Shown one piece after another: positions 49,921 to 61,710 of a stretch of 64,000 bases of DNA. This DNA comes from Amphiscolops sp. MND2022 (lineage: Eukaryota), in assembly GCA_964187785.1 (NCBI GenBank), contig OZ076411.1, positions 58,218,001 to 58,282,000 of the forward strand, written 5' to 3'. The notes under the pieces are model-generated. The model was not told the DNA's origin and searched no databases. It saw nothing but the letters and a program-made list of their open reading frames with translations. Numbering within the stretch: position 1 is the first letter of the stretch; each line of letters begins with the position of its first letter. The position numbers and the translations under genes were made by a program.

Positions 49921-50858
49921 AGCAACAAATTGAGAATAGAGTCCGAAAATCAGAAATCTTAAACATCAAGTGATGAAGTGATGAACTGCTCATTTTAGCA
50001 CCCCACTTAAATATCGGATATTTCAAGTATGAAGTGTTTGGGAGCAGGCGTAGTGTTACTGTTAGAGCATTCGGGTGGTACCACTTTCTGATGTCTCAGC
50101 TCCCCATTCTTGGGACGTAAGCTAGTCCTTCATCCTTCGTTTACTGGTGTGGCCATGGCATGAAAAAACGCATTTCAGTGCTCATTAAGCGGAAAAGAAA
50201 TGAAAATACCTGAATGAACACCAATAATATGCTTGATATGATAATAGTTTGATAATAAAAGGCTTGATAATAGTTCCAGTTAACCTCAATAAACTAAATG
50301 AAAAAATCTAGAATCTAACAAATTATTTAATTGCTTTTCTTGGTATCATTCCAAAGAACAAAATCTTGCTCATAAACAGTGTGATCATCACTGAGTAGAT
50401 AGTGTCATCCTTACCGTTTAAAATCCTGAAGTTCATTGATCCTAATGGTCCAATTGCTTAATTGTAATGGTCGACCAAGGCGAAAAACGCGTCACGCATT
50501 TCCTGGAATACAAGACGTTATTCTCTGATGTTATTCTGCCTTATACACAGATGATTTATGTCATGTCCTAACATTTTCCTGTTTTCACGGTTATCTGGCG
50601 TGGGCCCCGGGGAAAACTGGGGATTTAATTGAAAGAATCTCTTTTTTCCATCTTGGGTTGGATAAATCAAAGTTGCGATTGATTCATTTCAAGTAATTTC
50701 TATTTGTAAAAGCATAATGTCAATGAAGACTTCTCTGTGAAATTTCCAACCAAAAAGTGATTGTTGTTCACAAACTATTCATAAAATGTAGCATCGAAAC
50801 AAACTAATGAGTCAGAGTTGAAACCCCCGCCTTTTCGGCGCTACATTTTGACCCTCAC

Positions 50859-51984
50859 CTACATGTTCCCTAACAAAAATTTTCGAAATGTTTGGGTTTT
50901 GTTTCTTCCCAAGTTTTTGGTCAAAATATCCGCTGGTTGTTTGTCGGTTGGAGTGTATAATAACTTCACTTTTTGCTTTTCGCATAAATCGCGAATGGAA
51001 TGTAGTTTTGTGGCAAAATGTTTTGTTTTACCATGGTGCAATGAATTTTTGCTCAATTCTATACTTGCCTGATTGTCAACGTACAAACATACAGGTTCAA
51101 CAACAGGCACACTCAACTCACGCAACAAACCAGTCAGATAAACAGACTCTTGGGCAGCACTCACACAAGCATTCATTTCAGCTTCAGCAGTGGATGTGGC
51201 TACAGTACCTTGTACTTTACTCAACCAACTCACACATGCTGATGATTCATTCAACTTGAAGCAATAACCGGAAGTACTCTTACGATGATCTTCATTTCCA
51301 GCCCAATCAGAATCAGAATAACCAACAAGACCCATTCCACTGTCACACTTTTTAAGCGTCAGACACAGATCCTTTGTTCCCTGTAAATATCTCAAAACGT
51401 GTTTAGCCGCTACCCAGTGCTGCTCGCCAGGGTTTTCCAAAAAGGAACTGAGGACATGCGAAGCTTGAGCAATATCAGGCCTGCTTGACAAAGACAGATA
51501 GTTCAAACTTCCAATTAAACCACGATAGTTACGTTCACTCATCACTACGTTCACTACCTTTCAGAGGACACATGTCTTTGGTCAGTTTCACATGCTCAGC
51601 CATCGGTGTACTAAGAGCCTTACAATCACTCATACCAAATTTCTTCAATAGATTCTCAATGTACTTTTCTTGGTTAACAGTAACCGATGTTTCATTCACA
51701 GTCACGTTCATTCCCAGAAACCAACTCAACATACAACATTCACTCACACGGAACCTTGTTTTTACTTCTTTCTCAAACCAATCAACAAAGTCATCGTCCT
51801 TTCCACAATAAATGATATCATCAACCCACACACACACAACAGCATTCACACAATCATTCACGTGCCTCACAAACAAACAACTGTCATGCACACATACAAC
51901 GAAACCAATTTTTTCTAGAAAAGCTTTCAACGTATAGTACCAGTTTCTCCCAGACTGTTTAAGACCATACAAGCTTTTGTTCAA
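50859..51984 (-). pseudogene. Copia RT C-terminus and RNase H (two overlapping frames)
   Basis: SLYGLKQSGRNW...VWVDDII...FLGM; YRGLIGSLNYL...RPDI...GYSDSDWAG...STAEAE...VDNQASI...QPADILTK. Confidence 0.9.
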
Positions 51985-52132
51985 CTTACAAACAAGTTTT
52001 TTCCGTTGGGGCCTTTCTCGAAACCTTCAGGCTGTTTCATGAAAATGTCGGCATCGACATTAGCGTTCAAATAGGCTGTCTTGATGTCGAGCTGCTTTAT
52101 TTGCCAACTATTTTGTGCAGCAATGTTCATGA

Positions 52133-54343
52133 CTACCCGAACTGTTGACAAGCGAGCGGTGGGAGAGTATGTCTTCTTGTAGCCAATTCCTTCACGTTGA
52201 CTAAATCCTTTGCCACGAACCTTGCCTTATGTCGACATGGCTTTCCATTCGGTCCGAACTTCACTGTGAAGTGCCAACGACTGCCGATCGAATTCTTCCC
52301 GTCTGGTAGCTCCACAAGATCCCACACTTTATTGTCTTTCAACGATTGGAGTTCGTCTTCCATTGCTTTCACCCAACTTGGTTCCTTCATAGCTTCGTTG
52401 ACAGATTTTGGTACTTCTTCGTTCAAAATTAGAGTGTCTTCAACCTCCGCTACAAAGCTGAATTGCTCGTCAATTGTTGACTTTCTATGGATTCGACTGA
52501 CGTGGCTATTAGTCTTGTTGTCATTAGTGCTGATTGGATTTTGTTGGATGTCATGTGATGAAAATTGGTTTTCTGTATAGTTTTGGTTATTTGATGAACT
52601 TGGACCATAAATCGCATGTTGCTTCATGAACATCTTTTTCTCCTCGAATTTCACGTTTCGTGATTTCATGATTCTCAGTGATCCATCTGTTTTTGGTATT
52701 CCCACGATATAGGTTTTGGAGTTATCACTGAAGCCTAGAAACACTCTGACTTCCGCTGTTTTGTCCAGCTTCTTACGAAACTGCTTCTCAATGAAGATAT
52801 AGGACGTACACCCAAATGTTCGCAAAAAGTCAATATTGGGTTTCACACCGTACATGCGCTCATATGGTGTCATTCCAATTGCAGAATGTAAACAGAAGTT
52901 CTTCACGTAAAATGCGTAATTGAGTGCATACGGCCAATATTGTTTCCCCAAACGGTCATTGTCTAACATACATCTTGTCATTCCAACCACTGTTCCCCAG
53001 ACTCTTTCAATTTTCCCATTCTCCTCCGGGGTATAAGGTGCCGATGTTTCATGTCTTATTCCACGCTTACGACAGAATGATCTGAACTCAGAAGATGTGA
53101 ATTCCTTCGCACCATCACTGACAACCATACGTGGATTTCCTATATCAGAACAAAACTGCTGAAATTTTTCCATAACTTCATCCCTTCTTCTCATGAAGTA
53201 CACTTTGATGAATCGGGAGAAGCTATCCACAAAACCAATTGCATACTTGAAGCTCTCAGGTGACTCGTTGGCAATAGGACCCAAAATATCCGTGTGAACA
53301 ATTTCGAGTACCTCAGTTGCACGAGTAATTGTATCTTTTGGTACCGGCCTTCTTATAGATTTGTTGGTTTCACAACATCCGCAAATGCCTTCATCTTTGT
53401 TACTTATCTTCATCCCTTCGACATGTTCTGATAACCGTTTCAAGTCGTTGTAGTTAGTATGCCCCAAGCGCTCATGCCAAACTTTCAGACTTGATGCAAA
53501 ACACTGTTCCTCTTGGTTACAATGATTGCTATCCATGTCAATTGTGGGATTGGTTACTGTCCTCCAAACGAACATGTTATTTCTTGGTTCCAACGCAAAA
53601 ATGATTCCATCCTTCGTTACTATCTCATCGCGCTCTGCAAAATGGAAAGAAGCGCCGGCTTGTTTCAACTTGGCTACGGATAGCAGGTTCTGACCATTAC
53701 TTGGTGTATACAGCGCGTCTTTGAGAATAATTTTTGCAGAGTCACCATTACTCTTGGTTGCATAGAACTCAGCTCTTCCTCTGCCTTCTATTTTAGAATT
53801 AGTTCCGTTAGCACATTCATAGGCACCATAGTCATTCTCGTCCAAATCAACGAAAAAGTGTTTATCTTTTATCATGTAATTACTACACCCTGAGTCGATG
53901 ACAAAAACAGGGTTCTCTTCCGCACGAAAACCAGTGTTTATGAAGAAACTGAATTCGTCTTTTCCATCTTCGTCATCAACAAAATTCACTTTTTCAGATG
54001 TCCTGCCAGCAAAGCAATCCTCCGCTTTATGCCCTTTTCTTTTACATTTGCCACAAATGATCTCACTTTTCCTTGCTTTGTTTTTCTGGAAACAGTTTTG
54101 CACTGTATGGCCATTTCTTTTACACCATGAGCGAAACCTACTATTACCTTGGTTACTGTTTTCTTGGTTGCCATGTCGTTTGGCTCTACAGTCTTTGGTA
54201 AAATGACCTTTCTTGTGACAGTTGGAGCAAAAAACACTATCTTGGTTGCGACAATCGATTGCTTTGTGACCTTCTTCATTACAGTTGTAGCATTTGATTC
54301 GTATTGGTTTTCCCACGTACAATACCGAATCGCTCGCTGACAT
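52133..54343 (-). CDS. Copia gag zinc knuckles + protease + integrase + start of RT
   Basis: Four CCHC-like knuckles, FVIDSGCSNYM protease, WHERLGH...CGCC, VHTDILGP...SDGAKEF...ENGKIER integrase, WVKAMEDELQSLKDNKVWDLV. Confidence 0.92.
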   Translation of the reverse strand: MSASDSVLYVGKPIRIKCYNCNEEGHKAIDCRNQDSVFCSNCHKKGHFTKDCRAKRHGNQENSNQGNSRFRSWCKRNGHTVQNCFQKNKARKSEIICGKCKRKGHKAEDCFAGRTSEKVNFVDDEDGKDEFSFFINTGFRAEENPVFVIDSGCSNYMIKDKHFFVDLDENDYGAYECANGTNSKIEGRGRAEFYATKSNGDSAKIILKDALYTPSNGQNLLSVAKLKQAGASFHFAERDEIVTKDGIIFALEPRNNMFVWRTVTNPTIDMDSNHCNQEEQCFASSLKVWHERLGHTNYNDLKRLSEHVEGMKISNKDEGICGCCETNKSIRRPVPKDTITRATEVLEIVHTDILGPIANESPESFKYAIGFVDSFSRFIKVYFMRRRDEVMEKFQQFCSDIGNPRMVVSDGAKEFTSSEFRSFCRKRGIRHETSAPYTPEENGKIERVWGTVVGMTRCMLDNDRLGKQYWPYALNYAFYVKNFCLHSAIGMTPYERMYGVKPNIDFLRTFGCTSYIFIEKQFRKKLDKTAEVRVFLGFSDNSKTYIVGIPKTDGSLRIMKSRNVKFEEKKMFMKQHAIYGPSSSNNQNYTENQFSSHDIQQNPISTNDNKTNSHVSRIHRKSTIDEQFSFVAEVEDTLILNEEVPKSVNEAMKEPSWVKAMEDELQSLKDNKVWDLVELPDGKNSIGSRWHFTVKFGPNGKPCRHKARFVAKDLVNVKELATRRHTLPPLACQQFG

Positions 54344-54366
54344 CTCCCTTGATCTTCATTTTCCTG

Positions 54367-55005
54367 TCACTCAAAATTAATCAGGTCTCTCTTGATTTCA
54401 TCGAGGCTCTTGGACTCACAACTGAACTTGACCAGCGTCACGAACGTCTCATACTCTCGTGGGAGTCCCTTCAAAACCATTGCGACTAACATTTTCTCTG
54501 TTACAGCCTCGCCAACTTGTTTCAACTCATATTGACATGCCTCCGCGCGACAAATGTACTCAGTTATGTTCTCCGATGGCAACTTCCGCAGACTTGTTAG
54601 TTTCTCTATCAACTGCTGCAGTCGCGGTCTCTCATAACTTTTGTACTTTGCTTGTAGTACCTCCCAAGCCTTCGGTCCCTCGCCTTTGTAAGACCTCAGG
54701 TACAAGACATTAGTTTTGTCTAACGCCTGCACCAACTCACACCAGATCATTCTTTTCTTATCTTTCATCATACTTTCAGCCTTCTCCTTTGCTTTGTTAC
54801 GTCCTTCCTGATTAGTTCCTTCTCTCAACTTTTGTTCCATCTCTTTCTCTGTTACGCGACGTTCCATTACATCCAACAATTTCAAACAATACATACGAGC
54901 CTCAAACTGTTCTTGGAAGTATGTGAAATCTTCCTCTTTACCACTGAAAAGGACACGACTGAGCTTCCCAACACCGTCTTCAAACAAATTATCAGCCATC
55001 ATCAT
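54367..55005 (-). CDS. Copia gag (UBN2-type), N-terminal part
   Basis: FSGKEEDF...W...L...LQQLIEKLTSLRK...ITEYI...LKGLPREYETFV is a typical copia gag. Confidence 0.85.
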   Translation of the reverse strand: MMMADNLFEDGVGKLSRVLFSGKEEDFTYFQEQFEARMYCLKLLDVMERRVTEKEMEQKLREGTNQEGRNKAKEKAESMMKDKKRMIWCELVQALDKTNVLYLRSYKGEGPKAWEVLQAKYKSYERPRLQQLIEKLTSLRKLPSENITEYICRAEACQYELKQVGEAVTEKMLVAMVLKGLPREYETFVTLVKFSCESKSLDEIKRDLINFE

Positions 55006-55898
55006 ACGCTACAGCACTCAACAACACAAGCAACAGACAACAAACAATCAAGGAAGTATGGAATTGAACAAAATATTGTCAAATCTACAAATGTACAACT
55101 GCAGTGAATTATTTTCGACTATTGGATAGGTTTATCCATTCATTGGAATTCGAACAAAAGTCACAAAATGAGTTTTTTGTTTTCAAATTTATCACAACCA
55201 GCGAACAATTCTATGTTCGATATTGGCTTACTCGACTAAAAACGTTATCATAGAGCCAATTCAACCGTTTATGTTTTATAAAATTTTTCAAAATGGAAAT
55301 GGACCAAAAAATTTACGTTTCAACTACTGACTTTTTTAGCACAATTTGAAAGAAAATTTGAGTTTGTTTTTCAAAAAAGTTTCTGCCTTCGAGACAACGG
55401 GTCCTTTGTGTTGGTTAGACGTAGGATGTTGCTCAGCAAACTTTTGGACTTTTCGCGTACTCAATGTTCCATAACATTTTGGAAAAATTGAAAACTGGAA
55501 GATTTTTTTCGGGTTTTTTTTCTGCTGGGTTCTTTCCAGATAGGCAACTTCAGACAATCGTTTTTTGCAGGTGGGGATTTTTCCCCTGGGCTCATAACCT
55601 TTCACGGTTATCTGGCGTGGGCCCCGGGGAAAACTGGGGATTTAATTGAAAGAATCTCTTTTCCATCATGGGTTGGATAAATCAAAGTTGCGATTGATTC
55701 ATTTCAAGTAATTTCTGTTTGTAAAAGCATAATGTCAATGAAGACTTCTCTGTGAAATTTCCAACCAAAAAGTGATTGTTGTTCACAAACTATTCATAAA
55801 ATGTAGCATCGAAACAAACTAATGACGAGTCAGAGTTGAAACCTGTGTTGCGTGACTTTTATCGTATCATCCTCATATCAGTTTGCTTTCGTTTGCAG

Positions 55899-56307
55899 TG
55901 CTGCTGATGGTCAAGGTTGGGACGTAGACCTTGTAGACTATCCGGAAGCAGCGGTCAAGGAAGAACAACCCTCTACATCTTCGAATGGCCTAATTAGTTC
56001 ATCCAGGAGCGAGCCAGAAAAGTGGAATCCTTCTCGAATTGAGATCATTTGCAGCACTATCAGTTCTTTCGCCGAAAGTTATTGTCTGCCTGAAAGGGAT
56101 GTAAAGTCTTCCAAGTATGTCCGTAACATGTTCGAGCTTCTGAAAAGAGAATTCAAGTTTTTGCGTAGTTTTTGGAGATGTCTCACTGACCGGGTTTCTG
56201 CGCACGACGAACTGAGAATGGCAACTGAAAGAATTAGACTATTGACTAAAGATGAAGACCCTAAAATCTTGAGTCAAGCACCCACTAATATTCTACATCC
56301 GCATATG
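55899..56307 (+). CDS. SHPRH: SHPRH-like exon
   Basis: tttgcag acceptor, atg|gtaatt donor (phase 2/0). RVSAHDELRMATERIRL matches SHPRH RVSAVDELAMATERLRV. Confidence 0.9.
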
Positions 56308-56407
56308 GTAATTGGATCTTTTAAAGTCTGTCATGTGCAGTTTACGTCTCGTTCCTCCTGTGCATTTAATATCTAGAATTTCCTGAGGCATAGGGTTTGT
56401 GTTACAG

Positions 56408-56572
56408 CTGCCACAAACTCATAAACGGCTACAAAACGAGTTGTGCATGTATGAAACAGAGCTGCTGGAGAGAAGAGGTCGCAAAGCGTATTTGGCCAAT
56501 TTGGACAAGGCCAAGAATCTGAACAGAAACACTGAGTTGTGTCCTGTATGCCGTACCGAGTTCGATAAACAG
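56408..56572 (+). CDS. SHPRH: SHPRH-like exon, start of RING finger
   Basis: ttacag acceptor, cag|gttggt donor, phase 0/0. Encodes AYLANLDK...ELCPVCR (first RING CxxC). Confidence 0.9.
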
Positions 56573-56863
56573 GTTGGTATCATCCTCATATCAAACTGTT
56601 GATTGCATTGCCAAGCTGAGTGAGAAATATTTAGTGTATTTTGCAGGTAATGCTTCAAATGCTTTAATAATTATTCCTTGAATAAAATGCTGTGGAGTTT
56701 GATGCCATATAGGAAAAATACAACCACGCGTTTCAAGTGCTTTATTACTGAGTTGCTGATTTCACAAATGTCATTTTCAGAAATGTTCACTAAAACGCGA
56801 TTTGCTTATTAGGACGATTAGTTAAGGTTTGAGATATGTCGAATTTCGCTGAATGTTTTGCAG

Positions 56864-57145
56864 TGGAGTGTGTTTGCGTGTGGCCACAGTTTCTGCTTGC
56901 GTTGTGTGGGAATTCTTTTGGACGACCCACAGCATTCGAACGCTTCTTCCTTCGACGATTTCAAAGTAAAGACAATGTCTTCTAGAAAAACCAAGGTGAA
57001 GTGTCCTGTTTGCCGTCAAGTGTCCCCATTGGCCACAATTAGTTATGTGAAGACCCAGAAGCAACAGCGACAGGAAACCCTGACTGCCATAGAAGGGGTG
57101 GGCCCACCGAGTGAAGAGACTACCGTTTCTGAAGTAGAGGTTAAG
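56864..57145 (+). CDS. SHPRH: SHPRH-like exon, rest of C3HC4 RING finger
   Basis: ttttgcag acceptor, aag|gtgagg donor, phase 0/0. WSVFACGHSFCLRC...KCPVCRQ...ISYV. Confidence 0.9.
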
Positions 57146-57299
57146 GTGAGGGCTCCATTTAATTCTATTCCTCGCAAATGTCATGGAAGTCGTTTTTGTT
57201 ATGACTTTCATTTGTTCAGGGGATGTTTTGCTTTGTTTTCGACTAGAGAGTTGCTATTTATTATCTGGATGAAATCAGGTCAATGGTTCATATGGATTT

Positions 57300-57700
57300 T
57301 TATTAGGGATCGGAAAAAATGTTCGACTACTTATCCAATCGTGTCGTTTTTTTTGTTTTTTGTTCTCATGAAAATTTCAAATTTCTCGAAGACTGTCCAT
57401 ACGATTTTCAGAAAATTTTGCACAGCCATTCTACACCCAAAGGTGCCCCTGCGTGCGCAATGGCATCAAAATCGTATGACTGGGATGTGAGAAACATAGC
57501 CCAAAAATGGCCAAAAAACAGCCATTTTTCGACTTTTTTCGATTTTCTGAAACTGTCCATACGATTCGAACGAAATTTTCTACAGTCATTCTACACCATA
57601 CGGACCTATGTGTGCAAGTGCATCTAAATCGCATGACTGGGGTTCAAGCGAGTCAGAAGGAAAAGACCTAAGCCGACTCCTTCACCGCGCATGCGACTTT
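57300..57700 (+). mobile_element. HINE-like family 2 copy
   Basis: Same head and body. Tail CCGACTCCTTCACCGCGCATGCG. Other pieces at ~34060-34250, ~35280-35395, ~2090-2120 and ~60365-60395. Confidence 0.7.
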
Positions 57701-57786
57701 GATTATTATTTTTTTAAAAAATACCCATAATTATTATTGAAGGCTGTTTTTTCCATATGGTATAATAACTGAACATGCTGCTTCAG

Positions 57787-57879
57787 GGAGATCTATCTGC
57801 GAAAACTCATGCAATTGTGGAAACCATCGTTTCAACATTGAAATCGGAGCCTCTGGCCAAATTCCTCGTGTTCTCAACA
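57787..57879 (+). CDS. SHPRH: SHPRH-like exon, start of helicase C-terminal lobe
   Basis: cttcag acceptor, aca|gtatgt donor. GDLSAKTHAIVETI...AKFLVFST matches SHPRH GSHSTKVEAVVRTL...AKALVFST. Confidence 0.9.
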
Positions 57880-57949
57880 GTATGTTTTCTTCATCTCATT
57901 ATATAGAATCTTGTGGATGGTTTCATATTTGATTTTTTTTCCATTTCAG

Positions 57950-58036
57950 TGGATGGAAGTTCTCAACATTCTCTCTTCCGCCTTAGAAATGAATCACGTT
58001 CCTCATTTAACGCTGACTTCAGGGCATAATTTTAAG
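57950..58036 (+). CDS. SHPRH: SHPRH-like exon (last found; gene must continue beyond the exons I can identify)
   Basis: tttcag acceptor, aag|gtacgt donor. WMEVLNILSSALEMN matches SHPRH WQDVLDIISKALTDN. Confidence 0.85.
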
Positions 58037-58099
58037 GTACGTTCTTGCCAGTACCGCTGCTTTTATAATTAAACTTTCACTGCGATTCTAATCTACGCC

Positions 58100-59115
58100 T
58101 TTTTAGGAGTCGGAAAAAATTTTCGACTACTTATGCAATCGTGCTGTTTTTTTTCTCCCGACCTTTTCATGAAAATTTCAAATTTCTCAAAAACTGTCCA
58201 TACGATTTTCACGAAATTTTGCACAGTCATTCTACACCCAAAGGGGCCCCTGCGTGTGCAAAGGCATCAAAATCGTATGGCCTGGATGTGAGAAACATAG
58301 CCAAAATTAGCCCAAAAATGGCCAAAAAACAGCCATTTTTCGACTTTTTTCGATTTTCTCAAAAACAGTCCATACGATTCGAACGAAATTTTCTACAGTT
58401 ATTCTACACCATATTAGAGTCCTATATGTGCAATGGCATCAAAATCGTATGGCTGGGATGTGAGAAACATAGCCAAAATTAGCCCAAAAATGGCCAAAAA
58501 ACAGCCATTTTTCGACTTTATTCGATTTTCTCAAAAACTGTCCATACGATTCGAACGAAATTTTCTATAGTTAGTCTACACCATATTAGAGTCCTATGTG
58601 TGCAATGGCATCAAAATCGTATGACTGGGATGTGAGAAACATAGCCAAAATTAGCCCAAAAATGGCCAAAAAACAGCCATTTTTCGACTTTTTTCGATTT
58701 TCTCAAAAACTGTCCATACGATTCGAACGAAATTTTCTACAGTTATTCTACACCATATTAGAGTCCTATATGTGCATTTTCATTAAATTCGTATGGCTGG
58801 GATGTGAGAAACATAGCCAAATTTAGCCCAAAAATGGCCAAAAAACAGCCATTTTTCGACTTTTTTCGCTTTTCTCAAAAACTGTCCATACGATTCGAAC
58901 GAAATTTTCTACAGTTATTCTACACCATATTAGAGTCCTATATGTGCAATTTCATTAAATTCGTATGGCTGGGATGTGAGAAACATAAAAATGGCCAAAA
59001 AACAGTCATTTTTCGATTTTTTCGATTTTCTCACAAACTGTTCATACGATTCGAACGAAAGCGAGTCAGAAGGAAAAAGACTTAAGCCGACTCCTTTACC
59101 GCATATGCGGCTCTG
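58100..59115 (+). mobile_element. HINE-like family 2 copy carrying a 172-bp tandem array
   Basis: 5' TTTTAGGAGTCGG, 3' CCGACTCC + palindrome CCGCATATGCGG. TGTGAGAAACATA recurs at 58287, 58459, 58631, 58803 and 58975 (period 172). Confidence 0.75.
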
Positions 59116-59263
59116 GGTTTGTTTATAATACAACTAACTTCTACAAATAATTTCATTCGTACAAAAATCAGCTTTGCACTTCTACGGAGCTCGGTACTAT
59201 GCCTGAGAGGATTTTGCACCCTTAATCTCCAAATAGACCATATTGAGTCTTCCATTGCGACAA

Positions 59264-59715
59264 CAGTGCAGGGGGGAAGGCTGTCGTGAATTATGACGTG
59301 AATCCCAAGTGGGTGCATATCCTGACCGTCAATTTTTGACCATTTAAAATAAAATTTGGTGTTTTGTCTTGTAAATCTGCCCTCCACTCGTTGAGCTTTT
59401 CAGTATTTATATATACAGTGACCGTTACTGACCGTTACTGACACTGCAAGGAGGTTCTGCAGCTTGCAGCGATTCGGCACTATCTCATCATTCAGTGCAG
59501 GAGGAAAGGCTGTCGTGAATTATGACGTGAATCCCAAGTGGGTGCATATCCTGACCGTCAATTTTTGACCATTTAAAATAAAATTTGGTGTTTTGTCTAG
59601 TAAATCTGCCCTCCACTCGTTGAGCTTTTCAGTATTTATAGATACAGTGACCGTTACTGACACTGCAAGGAGGCTCTGCAGCTTGCAGCGATTTGGCACT
59701 ATCTCATCATTCAGT
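59264..59715. repeat. ~229-bp tandem duplication
   Basis: AAGGCTGTCGTGAATTATGACG at 59277 and 59506. Confidence 0.9.
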
Positions 59716-59789
59716 CATTAAACTGTCACTTTGAACTCTGGGTCATCATTACCGTTGCAGATCAACATGGTTTCGCCTCGCACGGTCCC

Positions 59790-60240
59790 GTTTAGCCGGC
59801 GCTTTTTCCCTTACGAAAAAAGCCCGACTTTTGCAGTGGGTAGTTTTTTTCAGTTGACAATCACTCTGAATGGTCCACTTCTCTTACAATTTCTTACAAT
59901 TCTTACTTTATAAATTTATAAATAATGGCGCAAAAGTTTACGAAGTAGTATTTTTACATCATCTAAGAAACTCAACGGGACCAAAGGGTACTCCCTTAGG
60001 GTATTTTCGGCTCTGTGAGACTTGCTTCGAAAAAAAATCACACAGGGTCCTCACTTGAATTTTTTAAATATTTTCCGACACAATGGATGTTGAAAAATCC
60101 CAAAGGGTCCCCCCTTTGAGTTTTTTGGCATTGTGAGACTTTTCTCATTTTTTTCATAAAAGGGTCCCCAATTCACAAATACTTTGACATTTTGAAGTCC
60201 TTTTGCTATTTTGAGCCTTAGATATGGCGCCGACTTAGAC
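59790..60240 (+). mobile_element. HINE-like family 1 copy, 3' hairpin truncated
   Basis: TTTAGCCGGCGC head; GAGCCTTAGATATGGCGCCGACTTAGAC tail. Confidence 0.6.
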
Positions 60241-60772
60241 AATTTTTGTTTTCTTCAATTTTTTTATGTTTTCCGACAGAACTGATGTTGAAAAATCCCA
60301 AAGGGTCCCCCCTTTCAGGTTTTTTGGCATTGCGAAACTTCAATTTGTTTTCACCAAAAAGGCCTGAGCCGACTCCTTTACCGCACATGCTGTCCTGGTT
60401 ATAGAAGCCATAAATTTGATATTTTTCTCCACACCTTTTGTCGATCCGTTTTTTCCGCTAATTGTAGTAGCAGTGAGGCAGCGTTACTCCCGGTCTTTAG
60501 CTTGTTTGTTTATTTCTCAGAGCAGCGCTTTATTGAGATAAGGCAAACGAGTCTGAATTATTCTTACGCCGAGAGCTTCGCGTGTATTCAAATACGAATG
60601 CGAAAGATCATATAGTTATGGTCATATAATTTCATTTTGACTGATGACCACTTGTGTTTGAAATCAGGACTAATCGAGGAATTGGTTTCTTGTATTTCAA
60701 CTATCGGCAAAATTGAACCTTTGATTGGGAATTATTTTTTGAAGGAGCCGGAATTTGGCTCGTATTCTGAAT

Positions 60773-61710
60773 AAACAAGCCGGGAACGGCATACGTCGGT
60801 GCCCCGCTTAATTCTCAAAAATAGCAAAAATACTCAAAAGCGTTAAGTGTTCTTTTCCATCTTCTTCTTCTTTTAGTGCCGTGTCTGGTCACAGACATAG
60901 GCTTTCCATAAAAGTATCCATTCTTCTCTCTTCTTTGCGATTCTTATGCACTCGGCCCGACTTCTTTTTAATTTTTCCGAGATATCATCAAGATATGTCT
61001 TTCTACTTCTTCCTCTGGATCTGTTGCCGTTGATGTATCCGGAAAGAATTGTTTCTTCCGAATCGCATTTTCTGATCACATGTCCAAAGAATTTAAATTG
61101 TCTCGTTCCAATATCTCTAAGTATCATCCGACTTTTCTGGGTTTTACTTAAAACAAATTCATTGGTTTTGTGTGCTGTGTATGATATGCGCTCCATTTTC
61201 CTGAGATACCACATTTCAACACTGAAGGAGTTTCTTCGACTCAAGATTGAGTGTCCAGGTTTCACACGCATACAAAAGTACCGGCCAAACGTAGCAACGT
61301 AAAACTAAATCTGGTTTTGAAGGGAAGTTTTTTGTTTGTCAGGATCTTTTTCTTTTCCATAGTACCCGAAAAACGCAAAGGAGAACCGAACTGGCGCGCA
61401 AGAAGGGAGACCCTTTGAGATTTTTTAACAACCAATGTTGCCAAGGATCAAAAAAAATTGATGGTGACCCTTCGTAGCCATTAAAAAATTTCGAAGTCTC
61501 ACACTGCCGAAACTTTGAAAGGGGGACCCTTTAGTCTCGTTTCCAGTTGTGTATGTTACGCTAAAAAGACGGAAAAACTATTATGGTTCAGTTCCTTAGG
61601 TCAAATGGTACAATTTGGCTACTTGAAATTTTGTAGAATTTTTTAGAACTGTTTTGGTCAGTTCTTGTGGATTTAAAAAAGCCACTATTTTGTGAAGCGC
61701 CGACTAAAAA
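60773..61710 (-). mobile_element. HINE-like family 1 copy split by the RTE fragment
   Basis: Head GCGCCGACTAAAAA at ~61697-61710 and tail AACAAGCCGGGAACGGC at ~60773-60790. Confidence 0.55.
60858..61271 (-). mobile_element. RTE-clade LINE 3' fragment with (AAG)n tail, inserted in a HINE copy
   Basis: EMWYLRKMERISY...TNEFVL...RQFKFFGHVIR...RSRGRSRKTYLDDI, followed by an AAG-repeat tail. Confidence 0.85.

Larger units (their letters stand above)
50580..55843 (-). mobile_element. Near full-length Ty1/copia LTR retrotransposon (frameshifted)
   Basis: ~245-bp direct repeats at 50580-50825 and 55600-55843. PBS GGTTATGAGCCCAG (55599-55586) and purine tract AAAAGGCGGGGG beside the 3' LTR. Domain order is gag-PR-IN-RT-RH. 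Confidence 0.93.

Noticed and set aside
58100-59060. CRISPR-like array
   Set aside because: 172-bp near-identical tandem units with no unique spacers, in a eukaryotic intron with no cas genes.
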